64,000 nucleotides of DNA. Source: Escherichia coli (GTDB lineage: Bacteria > Pseudomonadota > Gammaproteobacteria > Enterobacterales > Enterobacteriaceae). The notes below the pieces were generated by a model, which did not search any database, was not told the origin of the DNA, and worked only from the letters and a program-made list of their open reading frames with translations. Position numbers and translations under genes: made by a program. The stretch lies in the NCBI RefSeq assembly GCF_003991155.1, contig NZ_CP031293.1; one strand, 5' to 3'. Shown one piece after another: positions 1 to 9,843 of this stretch (position 1 is the stretch's first letter; each line of letters begins with the position of its first letter).

Positions 1-32
1 GCTTCCTGAACTTTCTTCTGACAGATCAATGG

Positions 33-1007
33 ATGCCAGTAATGATTAGCGGCGTGTTGTACGCCCTGTTAGCAGGGTTGATGTGGGGGCTTATTTTTGT
101 CGGGCCGTTGATCGTACCGGAATACCCGGCGATGTTGCAGTCGATGGGGCGTTATCTGGCGTTAGGGTTAATTGCGCTGCCCATTGCCTGGCTGGGACGC
201 GTGCGTCTGCGTCAGTTGGCGCGTCGCGACTGGCTTACCGCCTTGATGCTCACCATGATGGGCAACCTTATCTATTACTTCTGCCTTGCAAGTGCCATTC
301 AACGTACTGGCGCGCCTGTTTCCACGATGATTATCGGCACCCTGCCGGTGGTGATTCCCGTTTTTGCCAATCTGCTTTATAGCCAGCGCGACGGCAAACT
401 CGCATGGGGAAAACTCGCCCCGGCACTGGTTTGTATTGGCATCGGCCTGGCGTGTGTGAATATTGCTGAGTTAAACCACGGACTCCCCGATTTTGACTTG
501 GCACGTTATACCTCTGGCATCGTGCTGGCGTTAGTTTCCGTGGTCTGCTGGGCATGGTATGCCCTGCGCAACGCCCGCTGGCTGCGGGAAAATCCCGACA
601 AACATCCGATGATGTGGGCGACGGCGCAGGCGCTGGTCACGCTGCCGGTTTCTCTCATCGGCTATCTCGTCGCCTGTTACTGGCTGAATATGCAAACGCC
701 GGACTTCTCCTTACCCTTTGGCCCCCGTCCGCTGGTGTTTATTAGTCTGATGGTTGCGATAGCCGTGCTTTGCTCATGGGTTGGCGCACTCTGCTGGAAC
801 GTCGCCAGCCAGCGATTACCGACAGTGATTCTCGGGCCGCTGATTGTTTTCGAAACGCTGGCAGGTTTGCTGTACACCTTTTTACTCCGCCAGCAAATGC
901 CGCCGCTAATGACGCTGAGCGGTATCGCGCTGTTAGTGATTGGCGTGGTCATCGCGGTCAGAGCAAAACCAGAAAAACCTTTAACTGAATCTGTCTCAGA
1001 AAGTTGA
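33..1007 (+). CDS. ytfF: Inner membrane protein, DMT/EamA-like transporter family (YtfF)
   Basis: 324-aa ORF, highly hydrophobic multi-TM sequence; position immediately upstream of ytfE as in E. coli K-12 (from memory). True start may be a few codons inside the ORF. Confidence 0.8.
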   Translation: MPVMISGVLYALLAGLMWGLIFVGPLIVPEYPAMLQSMGRYLALGLIALPIAWLGRVRLRQLARRDWLTALMLTMMGNLIYYFCLASAIQRTGAPVSTMIIGTLPVVIPVFANLLYSQRDGKLAWGKLAPALVCIGIGLACVNIAELNHGLPDFDLARYTSGIVLALVSVVCWAWYALRNARWLRENPDKHPMMWATAQALVTLPVSLIGYLVACYWLNMQTPDFSLPFGPRPLVFISLMVAIAVLCSWVGALCWNVASQRLPTVILGPLIVFETLAGLLYTFLLRQQMPPLMTLSGIALLVIGVVIAVRAKPEKPLTESVSES

Positions 1008-1065
1008 CACGCTGGCAGTGAGTTAAATAAGCCTCTGCTACGTAAGGGTTATAGCTTTTGCCTTA

Positions 1066-1088
1066 AAGATGCATTTAAAATGCATCTT
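1066..1088. promoter_or_regulatory. NsrR operator (11-1-11 inverted repeat aagatgcatttaaaatgcatctt) in ytfE promoter
   Basis: Near-perfect palindrome seen in sequence about 27 bp upstream of the ytfE ATG; matches the known NsrR box of the ytfE promoter (established knowledge). Confidence 0.6.
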
Positions 1089-1114
1089 ATCTTATTAAGA
1101 ATGAGGTATCAGCT

Positions 1115-1777
1115 ATGGCTTATCGCGACCAACCTTTAGGTGAACTGGCGCTCTCTATTCCTCGCGCTTCGGCTCTGTTTCGTAAATATGATATGGATTA
1201 CTGCTGTGGCGGTAAGCAGACGCTGGCGCGCGCGGCGGCACGTAAAGAACTGGATGTTGAGGTCATTGAAGCCGAACTGGCAAAGCTTGCTGAACAACCG
1301 ATTGAGAAAGACTGGCGTAGCGCCCCGCTGGCGGAAATCATCGACCACATTATTGTGCGCTATCACGATCGCCATCGCGAGCAGCTGCCGGAGCTGATTC
1401 TGCAAGCGACTAAAGTCGAGCGCGTTCACGCCGACAAACCGAGCGTGCCAAAAGGGCTGACAAAATACCTGACTATGCTGCATGAAGAGCTTTCCAGCCA
1501 CATGATGAAAGAAGAGCAGATCCTCTTCCCGATGATCAAACAAGGCATGGGCAGCCAGGCAATGGGGCCAATCAGCGTAATGGAAAGCGAGCACGATGAA
1601 GCGGGTGAACTGCTGGAAGTAATCAAACACACTACCAATAACGTCACACCGCCGCCGGAAGCCTGCACCACCTGGAAAGCGATGTATAACGGCATTAATG
1701 AACTGATTGATGACCTGATGGAGCACATCAGCCTGGAAAATAATGTGCTGTTCCCGCGCGCACTGGCGGGTGAGTGA
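1115..1777 (+). CDS. ytfE: Iron-sulfur cluster repair di-iron protein YtfE (RIC)
   Basis: 220-aa ORF beginning [33 protein letters not shown], recognised as YtfE/RIC; hemerythrin-like His/Glu motifs. Confidence 0.92.
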   Translation: MAYRDQPLGELALSIPRASALFRKYDMDYCCGGKQTLARAAARKELDVEVIEAELAKLAEQPIEKDWRSAPLAEIIDHIIVRYHDRHREQLPELILQATKVERVHADKPSVPKGLTKYLTMLHEELSSHMMKEEQILFPMIKQGMGSQAMGPISVMESEHDEAGELLEVIKHTTNNVTPPPEACTTWKAMYNGINELIDDLMEHISLENNVLFPRALAGE

Positions 1778-1784
1778 TCTAAAA

Positions 1785-1809
1785 GCTGGATGGCATTGCG
1801 CCATCCAGC
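1785..1809. terminator. Hairpin (gctggatggc / gccatccagc) between convergent ytfE and cycA
   Basis: 10-bp perfect inverted repeat with 5-nt loop in the 44-bp gap between two convergent stop codons; no clear T-tract. Confidence 0.35.
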
Positions 1810-1821
1810 ATGATAATGCGG

Positions 1822-3234
1822 TTATTTCCGCAGTTCAGCAGCCCGCTTCTTACCAATAAACAACCAGCCCAACCCCAGCGCGATAAACCACAGCGGGGTA
1901 ACCAGCAGCGCCTGGCGAGTGTCATCTTCCAGTGTCAGCAACACGACCACGAACACAAAGAACGCCATACATACCCAGCACATCAGCTTGCCGAGCGGCA
2001 TCTTATAGATCGACTTCTCATGCAGATGAGGACGCTGTTTGCGGTACACCAGGTACGAGCAAAGGATAATCGTCCAGACGAACATAAACAGAATCGCGGA
2101 AACGGTCGTGATCATCGTGAACGCGCCAATCACGCTGGGATTCACATACAGCATCACCACGCCGCCGAGCAGACAGATGCAGGAGAAGGTCAGCCCTTTC
2201 GCGGGTACTGCGCGCTTAGAGAGTTTAGCGAACGCTTTCGGTGCCACACCTTCCTGGGCCAGACCAAACAGCATACGGCTGGTAGAGAAGACACCGCTGT
2301 TAGCGGAAGAAGCGGCAGAGGTCAGCACCACAAAGTTAATCACGCTGGCGGCAGCAGGCAGACCCACCAACACGAACAGTTCAACAAACGGGCTTTTCTC
2401 CGGGACTACCGAACTCCACGGCGTCACGGACATAATCACAATCAGCGCGAAGACGTAGAACATAATGATACGGATCGGAATGGAGTTAATCGCGCGTGGC
2501 AGTGATTTCTCTGGATCTTTGGTTTCCGCAGCGGTGGTACCTACCAGCTCAATCCCTACGAAAGCGAAAACCGCTATCTGGAATCCGGCAAAGAAGCCAC
2601 TTAAACCTTTCGGGAACCAGCCGCCATCATTCCACAAATGCGCGAATGACGCTTCCACACCGGTCGGTGACTGAAAGTGCATCGCCACCATGACCAGGCC
2701 GACGACTATCAGCGACACAATGGCGACGATTTTGATCATCGCAAACCAGAACTCCATCTCACCGAACATTTTCACGGTGGCGAGGTTAAGCGTCAGCAGC
2801 AGCACTATCACCGCCAGCGAGGCGACCCAGTCGGAGAGATCGGGGAACCAGAACTGAGCATAAGCCGTGATCGCCACCACGTCTGCCATACCGGTTACAA
2901 CCCAGCAGAACCAGTAAGTCCAGCCGGTGAAATATCCTGCCCACGGCCCGAGTAAATCGGAAGCGAAGTCACTAAAAGATTTGTATTCCAGATTCGAAAG
3001 CAGCAATTCCCCCATTGCCCGCATCACGAAAAAGAGCATAAAACCGATGATCATATAAACGAAAATGATCGACGGCCCGGCAAGGCTAATCGTTTTGCCG
3101 GACCCCATAAACAACCCTGTACCAATGGCACCGCCAATGGCAATAAGCTGAATATGTCGGTTTGTGAGATTGCGCCGTAGCGACTGTTCAGCCGGAGCCT
3201 GATCATCGGCAACGACTTTTACCTGATCTACCAT
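1822..3234 (-). CDS. cycA: D-serine/D-alanine/glycine:H+ symporter CycA (APC family)
   Basis: 470-aa ORF, APC-family amino acid permease sequence; synteny with ytfE and fklB. Confidence 0.92.
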   Translation of the reverse strand: MVDQVKVVADDQAPAEQSLRRNLTNRHIQLIAIGGAIGTGLFMGSGKTISLAGPSIIFVYMIIGFMLFFVMRAMGELLLSNLEYKSFSDFASDLLGPWAGYFTGWTYWFCWVVTGMADVVAITAYAQFWFPDLSDWVASLAVIVLLLTLNLATVKMFGEMEFWFAMIKIVAIVSLIVVGLVMVAMHFQSPTGVEASFAHLWNDGGWFPKGLSGFFAGFQIAVFAFVGIELVGTTAAETKDPEKSLPRAINSIPIRIIMFYVFALIVIMSVTPWSSVVPEKSPFVELFVLVGLPAAASVINFVVLTSAASSANSGVFSTSRMLFGLAQEGVAPKAFAKLSKRAVPAKGLTFSCICLLGGVVMLYVNPSVIGAFTMITTVSAILFMFVWTIILCSYLVYRKQRPHLHEKSIYKMPLGKLMCWVCMAFFVFVVVLLTLEDDTRQALLVTPLWFIALGLGWLFIGKKRAAELRK

Positions 3235-3542
3235 GTTTTTTTCTTCCTGTACCTGTCTGTGTTGTTCAGGCTCTACGGCCTTTAGTCAGTCTATGATACG
3301 ACGAATCTGTATCGGGACTCATCGATATTAGGTAACAATACGCGGGATGAATACTAAGATTTAGATCTAATGTTAATTTTATGTTTAAAGTAAGTGTCAT
3401 ATCACGGTGATAACGCGAAACAGCTCACAAAAATACACGCTTACAGGGTCTTTGCAACATAAAATAGCGCCGTTTGGCAAACTGAAGGAGTTATTGCTGA
3501 ATGCCTGCTCCCCTCTGGTTCGAAGGGAACAGAATGCGCTGC

Positions 3543-4163
3543 TTAGAGGATTTCCAGCAGTTCGACTTCAAACACCAGGGTGCTGAACGGAGGGATGGAC
3601 GCGCCAGCGCCGCGCTCGCCATATGCCAGTTCCTGCGGGATAGTCAGTTCCCATTTAGAACCTACCGGCATCAGAGTCAGTGCTTCAATCCAGCCAGGGA
3701 TCACACCATTAACCGGGAATTCAGCTGGCTCGCCGCGAGCAACGGAGCTGTCAAACACGGTGCCGTCGATCAGTTTTCCGGTGTAATGAACACGAACGCG
3801 GTCGGTACGTGCCGGAATTGCGCCTTCGCCCTGGTTGATCACGCGGAATTGCAGGCCAGATTCGGTGCTATTTACACCTTCTTTTTTGGCGTTTTCTTCC
3901 AGGTATTTCACACCTTCAGCAGCCATCGCCTGGAAACGCTGACGACGAACGGCATCGGCGCGTTCGTGGATTTCACGCAGCGCGCGGTGCACCACATCAA
4001 CCGGAACAGCCGGATGTTTGCCTTCCAGCGCATCGGCAATGCCTGCAACCAGTGCTTCTGGCAGCAGCCCTTCCAGGCCAGATTCACTCAGTTGTTGCCC
4101 TACCTGCAAACCAATGCCGTAGCTTGCTTGCGCTTCGATGGTGTCAAAAGTTGGGGTGGTCAT
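3543..4163 (-). CDS. fklB: FKBP-type peptidyl-prolyl cis-trans isomerase FklB
   Basis: ORF track gives 259 aa; conserved protein starts at internal [20 protein letters not shown] (206 aa) with FKBP domain at the C-terminus; start chosen accordingly. Confidence 0.9.
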
Positions 4164-4380
4164 CGTATTTCCTTTCTTAGGGTATAAAGTAGCGGGCAGC
4201 ATATCAGCCACACTTCTTTGGGTAAAACTTTGTCGCGGGAATGATGACAAATCCCGGGGAAAAAGAAACAATAGCAATATCCCGTATGAATATAATAAAG
4301 GCGGGTTTACCACGGACATCATAGCGTTAGCTTATTCATAGGCTATGATTGAGGAACAAGACGCGGAGCAGGAGGAAACC

Positions 4381-5019
4381 ATGCCCGGGCGCTTTGAACT
4401 AAAACCAACCCTGGAGAAAGTCTGGCACGCGCCGGACAATTTTCGCTTCATGGACCCGCTGCCGCCGATGCATCGTCGGGGGATCATTATTGCCGCCATT
4501 GTATTGGTAGTCGGATTTCTGCTTCCATCTGATGATACGCCCAACGCGCCAGTGGTGACGCGTGAAGCGCAGTTAGATATTCAGTCGCAATCACAACCAC
4601 CGACAGAAGAACAGCTGCGGGCGCAATTAGTCACGCCACAAAATGATCCTGATCAGGTGGCTCCGGTCGCTCCAGAACCAATACAGGAAGGCCAGCCAGA
4701 AGAGCAGCCGCAAACCACCCATACGCAACCATTCCAGCCAGATAGCGGAATTGATAATCAATGGCGCTCCTATCGTGTCGAACCCGGTAAAACGATGGCG
4801 CAGCTGTTCCGCGACCACGGACTGCCCGCTACCGATGTCTATGCCATGGCGCAGGTAGAAGGCGCGGGTAAGCCGCTGAGTAATTTGCAAAACGGGCAGA
4901 TGGTGAAAATCCGCCAGAACGCCAGCGGCGTGGTGACGGGCTTAACCATTGATACGGGGAATAATCAACAGGTCCTGTTTACCCGCCAGCCGGATGGCAG
5001 TTTTATTCGTGCGCGGTAG
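4381..5019 (+). CDS. ytfB: Cell division protein YtfB (OapA/LysM-like C-terminal domain)
   Basis: ORF 4345..5019; start set at [23 protein letters not shown] to give 212 aa; Pro/Gln-rich linker then C-terminal OapA-like domain. Confidence 0.8.
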
Positions 5020-5650
5020 ATGAAGGGTCAACCAAAAGCCAGCTAAGGATTGTCTCTTTGATGACCTTACGTCTGGCTTCCAGTGCCTGGGGTGAAACCA
5101 TACTGATGTGATAAACCAGGCCAAGCGTATGCTGGTTGATCAAATAATATCCCCCAAGCGCAGCAATATTAATATTCACCTGCAATGGGTCGATATCTGG
5201 CTTAAAAATATTGTGTTTCTTCCCTTCATCCAATAAGGATTCCATTAACTGCAAGTGCGCATGGTTAATTTCTAAAAGACGCTGTGACTTTGCATAATGC
5301 ACACCCTTACTTTGATTTTCACTATGCACAATTTTTAAAAACCAGGGATTAGAAATATAATAATCCCATGTAAAATCGATTATTTTCTCAATGGCTTTCT
5401 GTGGCGGAAGATCTGAGAAATCAAGGGCCTTTTCTTTTTGTCGAATATCGTTCCAGGTATATTCCAGTACTTCGATAAATAAATTTTCTTTATTACCAAA
5501 GTGGTGATAAACCGTCTGTTTACTGCACCCTGCTGCCTTGACAATATTATCGACTCTGGCCCCTTCGTAACCATATTCGGCAAATTCATTAACCGCGCAT
5601 AACAGCAGCTTTTCTTTCAGGCTCTGTACGTTGCTGGTATCAAGATACAT
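5003..5650 (-). CDS. TetR/AcrR-family transcriptional regulator, divergent from the catabolic operon
   Basis: N-terminal HTH signature ([28 protein letters not shown]) typical of TetR; start set at [11 protein letters not shown] (215 aa); AT-rich coding sequence; 3' end overlaps ytfB by 17 bp (convergent). Possibly the intact counterpart of the K-12 ytfA fragment (from memory, unverified). Confidence 0.8.
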
Positions 5651-5862
5651 AACGCTTCCCCACGACCTCTTCGTGGTGACTATCATAACCTGATTTGATT
5701 TCAGCTTCAGAAAAAAGGGCAAAAACTTGTACTTTCATCAGGTTATCAAATGTCCTGTGATCGCCATCGCATATCAACCAACTAGATGGTTGATCTTTTT
5801 ATCATCCAGTCGCAAGCTAATCATCACCAAGGAAACAAAATTCAAAAAAAGAGAGCTATTGT

Positions 5863-6654
5863 ATGAAATCCACTCGTCCTGTTGCCGTGATTACCGGAGC
5901 CGCTCGTGGTATTGGAAAGGGCTGTGCGCTGGAGCTTGCGCGTGGCGGATTTAATCTGCTGATTAATGATCGTCCGGATGCGGATAGCGTAGAAAAATTA
6001 CATGCCACACAACAAGAATGTCTGGCGGAAGGCGTGGAAGTGATTTGCTTCCCTGCTGATGTGGGCGATCTCTCCCTTCATGAAGAGATGCTCGACGCGG
6101 CGCAAAACCAGTGGGGACGTCTGGACTGTCTACTCAACAACGCAGGCATTTCAGTGAAAAAACGCGGTGACCTCCTCGACCTCGAACCAGACAGCTTCGA
6201 TCAAAACATTGCCATTAACACCCGCGCGCCGTTCTTCCTTGCTCAGGCATTCAGTAAGCGCTTACTGGCACAGCCGAAACCGGAAGCAGAACTGCCGCAC
6301 CGCTCGATTATTTTTGTCAGTTCCATCAACGCCATCATGCTGGCGATGAATCGCGGCGAATATACCATTGCCAAAACTGCCGTCTCCGCCGCAGCTCGTC
6401 TGTTTGCCGCTCGCCTTTGCAATGAACAAATTGGCGTTTATGAAGTGCGCCCTGGTCTCATCAAAACTGATATGACTATTCCGGCAACGGCTTATTACGA
6501 CGAACTGATTGCCAAAGGTCTGGTGCCGTGGGGACGTTGGGGTTATCCGGCTGATATTGCTTCCACTGTCCGCGCGATGGCGGAAGGTAAACTGATTTAC
6601 ACCTGCGGTCAGGCGGTTGCCATCGACGGCGGCTTAAGTATGCCGCGCTTCTGA
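5863..6654 (+). CDS. Short-chain dehydrogenase/reductase (SDR) family oxidoreductase
   Basis: 263-aa ORF with N-terminal TGAARGIGKG Rossmann motif and SDR-like catalytic region; first gene of the operon. Confidence 0.85.
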   Translation: MKSTRPVAVITGAARGIGKGCALELARGGFNLLINDRPDADSVEKLHATQQECLAEGVEVICFPADVGDLSLHEEMLDAAQNQWGRLDCLLNNAGISVKKRGDLLDLEPDSFDQNIAINTRAPFFLAQAFSKRLLAQPKPEAELPHRSIIFVSSINAIMLAMNRGEYTIAKTAVSAAARLFAARLCNEQIGVYEVRPGLIKTDMTIPATAYYDELIAKGLVPWGRWGYPADIASTVRAMAEGKLIYTCGQAVAIDGGLSMPRF

Positions 6655-6663
6655 GGCTGAATC

Positions 6664-7506
6664 ATGAGAGATCTGTTACAACGCCCGGATTTATTCAGTA
6701 TCAATACCGCAACACTGGGCTATAAAACGCCGCTACCCGCCATTATTGATGCCTGCGCCGCACGCGGTATTGGCGCAATTGCCCCCTGGCGCAGGGAGTT
6801 GCAGGGTGAAGATCTCCAGCAAATCGCCCGCCAGCTTGCTGCCAGTAACATAAACGTTTCCGGTTTGTGCCGTAGCACCTACTACACCGCACCGACGCTG
6901 GCGGAGCGCAAACTGGCGATTGACGATAACCGCCGGGCGCTGGACGACGCCGCTGTACTGAACGCTGCCTGTTATATGCAGGTGGTTGGCGGTCTGCCAA
7001 TGGGAACAAAAGATCTGTACGAAGCGCGGGAACAGGTGAAACAAGGGATTCGCCAGTTGCTGCCACATTCGAAAGATGTCGGTGTGCCAATTGCACTGGA
7101 GCCACTGCACCCGATGACTGCTGCCGATCGTTCTTGTCTGTGCACGTTACGTCAGGCGCTGGACTGGTGTGATGAACTCGATCCCGATGGCGAATTTGGC
7201 CTCGGCGTGGCGGTAGATGTCTACCATGTCTGGTGGGATCCGGATCTCGCCAGTCAGATCCTGCGTGCCGGAAAACGCATCCTCGCGTTTCATGTTTCCG
7301 ACTGGTTAGTGCCGACCACCGATCTGGTCAATGACCGTGGAATGCCGGGAGATGGTGTCATCAATATTCCGTCAATTCGTCGGCTGGTTGAAAACGCCGG
7401 ATTTAATGGCGCTATTGAACTGGAAATATTCTCACCGTATTGGTGGCAGCAAGATATTGACAGCACACTGGATATTAGCGTCGATCGCATCGCGCATTAT
7501 TGCTAA
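6664..7506 (+). CDS. Sugar-phosphate isomerase/epimerase-like TIM-barrel protein (xylose isomerase-like fold)
   Basis: 280-aa ORF; resembles the AP-endonuclease-2/xylose-isomerase-like TIM-barrel family (hydroxypyruvate isomerase, dehydroshikimate dehydratase, IolE-like). Family call from memory. Confidence 0.7.
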   Translation: MRDLLQRPDLFSINTATLGYKTPLPAIIDACAARGIGAIAPWRRELQGEDLQQIARQLAASNINVSGLCRSTYYTAPTLAERKLAIDDNRRALDDAAVLNAACYMQVVGGLPMGTKDLYEAREQVKQGIRQLLPHSKDVGVPIALEPLHPMTAADRSCLCTLRQALDWCDELDPDGEFGLGVAVDVYHVWWDPDLASQILRAGKRILAFHVSDWLVPTTDLVNDRGMPGDGVINIPSIRRLVENAGFNGAIELEIFSPYWWQQDIDSTLDISVDRIAHYC

Positions 7507-7515
7507 GGAATAATC

Positions 7516-8292
7516 ATGAGTGACCAACCCGTTCTGTTCAGCAGAGCGGCGGCTTCTTGCCGCCTGACATTGAACCGTGAAGATAAATGTCATGCTATTA
7601 ATGAAGAAATGATCGAATCTCTCGACCATTATTTAAATGAAATTGAAAATGACACGGCATTACGCTTAGTCGAATTAACGGCAACCGGCGATAAATTCTT
7701 TTGTGCGGGCGGCGATATTAAATCGTGGTCGGCCTATTCGCCATTAGATATGGGCAGAAAATGGATTAAACGCGGTAACGAGGTTTTTAATCGCCTGCGC
7801 AATTTACCCCAATTAACGGTTGCAAATCTCAACGGTCATACCATTGGCGGTGGGATTGAACTCGCCTTGTGCTGCGATATTCGTATTGCCCGCCCCGGCG
7901 CGAAATTCTCTAACCCGGAAGTGATGCTCGGCATGGTGCCTGGCTGGATGGGCATTGAACGCGTGCTTAATCAGGTTGGCCCGGTGGTCGGTCGCCAGAT
8001 GCTGATGCTGGGTAAACGCCTGACGGCGCAGGAAGCTCAGGCGGCGAATTTAATTGATGAAGTGGTAGAAAAAGAACAGGTGGAAAGCTGGATGGCGAAT
8101 CAGTTAGCGCAGCTGGAAAAATGCGGTCCGGTGGCGCTCGCACATATCAAGCAACTGATTCTGGCACTGGAAAATAAACATGCTGATTACCCGCACCAGT
8201 TACTGGCTGGATTAATGTCCGCCACTCAGGATTGCCAGCAGGCGACGCGCGCCTTTGCCGAAAAAAGTAGCGTGAGCTTCCAAAATCAATAA
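7516..8292 (+). CDS. Enoyl-CoA hydratase/isomerase (crotonase) family protein
   Basis: 258-aa ORF with crotonase-fold hallmarks (FCAGGDIK, GHTIGGGIELALCCDIRIA oxyanion-hole region). Confidence 0.85.
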   Translation: MSDQPVLFSRAAASCRLTLNREDKCHAINEEMIESLDHYLNEIENDTALRLVELTATGDKFFCAGGDIKSWSAYSPLDMGRKWIKRGNEVFNRLRNLPQLTVANLNGHTIGGGIELALCCDIRIARPGAKFSNPEVMLGMVPGWMGIERVLNQVGPVVGRQMLMLGKRLTAQEAQAANLIDEVVEKEQVESWMANQLAQLEKCGPVALAHIKQLILALENKHADYPHQLLAGLMSATQDCQQATRAFAEKSSVSFQNQ

Positions 8293-8301
8293 GGAAATTG
8301 T

Positions 8302-9843
8302 ATGCGTAAGATAACAACCACCGAGACACTGGCGGCGCAAATTCAGGACGGCGCAACCATTGCCATTAGCGGTAATGGCGGCGGAATGGTGGAAGCGGAC
8401 CATATTCTGGCTGCTATTGAAGCGCGTTTCCTGCAAACCGGACACCCGCGCGATCTGACATTAATCCACTCGCTGGGCATTGGCGATCGCGACTGCAAAG
8501 GCACTAACCGCTTCGCTCATGCAGATATGCTCAAACGCATCATTGCCGGGCACTTTACCTGGTCGCCCAAAATGCAGGCGCTGGTAAAAAATAACACGAT
8601 TGAAGCCTACTGCTTTCCTGGTGGCGTGATTCAGGCACTGCTACGGGAGATCGGCGCCGGACGTCCGGGGCTTTTTACCCACGTTGGGCTGGGATCGTTT
8701 GTTGATCCACGCAATGGCGGCGGTAAGTCGAATGAATGCACGACCGACGACCTGGTAGAACTGATTGAAATCGATGGTGAAACCAAACTTCGTTATCGCC
8801 CTTTCAAAGTGGATTACGCGATTTTGCGTGGCACTTATGCCGATCCACGAGGCAACGTCAGCCTCGAAGAAGAGGCGATTGATATGGATAGCTATTCGAT
8901 GGCGCTGGCAGCACACAACAGCGGCGGCAAAGTGTTCGTACAGGTACGCGATGTGCTGGAAGCTGGCGCGATTGAACCACGCCGGGTCAAATTACCGGGC
9001 ATTCTGGTTGATGGCATCGTTGAACACCGCGAACAACCGCAAACCTATCTTGGCGGTTACGACCTGACCATTAGCGGTCAACATCGCCGTCTGAGTTCTA
9101 ACGACGCTATTGAACTGGTTAGTCATCCAGTACGCCGCCTGATTGCCCGTCGGGCAGCACGCGAACTGGTGGCTGGCGCTTCAACCAACTTTGGCTTTGG
9201 TATTCCTGGCGGTATTCCAGGCGTAGCGCTGCGCGAAGGCGTTCCTTACCAAAGTTTATGGCTGAGCGTCGAGCAAGGTGTACATAACGGCATGATGCTG
9301 GATGATGCGTTCTTCGGCTGCGCCCGCAACGCCGACGCCATTATTCCATCACTCGATCAATTTGAGTTCTACAGTGGCGGAGGGATCGATATCACCTTCC
9401 TCGGCATGGGAGAGATGGATCAGTACGGTAACGTCAACGTCTCCCATCTCAATGGCAATCTGATTGGCCCCGGCGGATTTCTCGAAATTGCGCAAAACGC
9501 CCGTAAAGTGGTGTTCTGCGGCACGTTCGACGCCAAAGGTAGCAAGATCGATGTAACGCCAGATGGCTTGCATATCGCCCAGTCAGGTCAAATCCCTAAA
9601 CTGGTTACCCAGGTGGAAAAAATCACTTTTAGCGCCGCCTACGCACAGCAAAGCGGTCAGGAAGTGTTGTATATCACTGAACGTGCAGTATTCCAGTTAA
9701 CGGCAGAAGGCGTTGAATTAATTGAAATCGCACCGGGTGTGGAGATTGAGCGCGACATTCTGCCGTATATGGCTTTCCGTCCAATTATCAAGCACCCACG
9801 CCTGATGGAAAGTAGCCTGTTTACGCCGATGGAGGATGCATGA
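8302..9843 (+). CDS. Family-I CoA-transferase (acyl-CoA:acetate/3-ketoacid CoA-transferase, YdiF/Pct-like, fused subunits)
   Basis: 513-aa ORF; shares conserved blocks with E. coli YdiF and propionate CoA-transferase (FVDPR, YITERAVF, LIEIAPGV) as recalled from memory. Confidence 0.8.
   Translation: MRKITTTETLAAQIQDGATIAISGNGGGMVEADHILAAIEARFLQTGHPRDLTLIHSLGIGDRDCKGTNRFAHADMLKRIIAGHFTWSPKMQALVKNNTIEAYCFPGGVIQALLREIGAGRPGLFTHVGLGSFVDPRNGGGKSNECTTDDLVELIEIDGETKLRYRPFKVDYAILRGTYADPRGNVSLEEEAIDMDSYSMALAAHNSGGKVFVQVRDVLEAGAIEPRRVKLPGILVDGIVEHREQPQTYLGGYDLTISGQHRRLSSNDAIELVSHPVRRLIARRAARELVAGASTNFGFGIPGGIPGVALREGVPYQSLWLSVEQGVHNGMMLDDAFFGCARNADAIIPSLDQFEFYSGGGIDITFLGMGEMDQYGNVNVSHLNGNLIGPGGFLEIAQNARKVVFCGTFDAKGSKIDVTPDGLHIAQSGQIPKLVTQVEKITFSAAYAQQSGQEVLYITERAVFQLTAEGVELIEIAPGVEIERDILPYMAFRPIIKHPRLMESSLFTPMEDA

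Noticed and set aside
1136-1804. 222-aa minus-strand ORF fully overlapping ytfE, and similar long antisense ORFs elsewhere (for example 1810..2505 and 2039..2458 opposite cycA, 3501..4187 opposite fklB, 10980..11483, 51043..52068 opposite psd, 61624..62625 opposite frdA)
   Set aside because: These are shadow ORFs on the opposite strand of well-recognised conserved genes. They have no recognisable protein features and are not counted as genes.
3543-4322. N-terminally extended ORFs from the six-frame track (fklB 259 aa, ulaD 268 aa, orn 229 aa, bsmA 142 aa, yjfY 114 aa, epmA 340 aa, yjeM 530 aa and others)
   Set aside because: The extra N-terminal residues are not part of the recognised conserved proteins; internal start codons matching known N-termini were used instead. 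Exact starts remain unverified.
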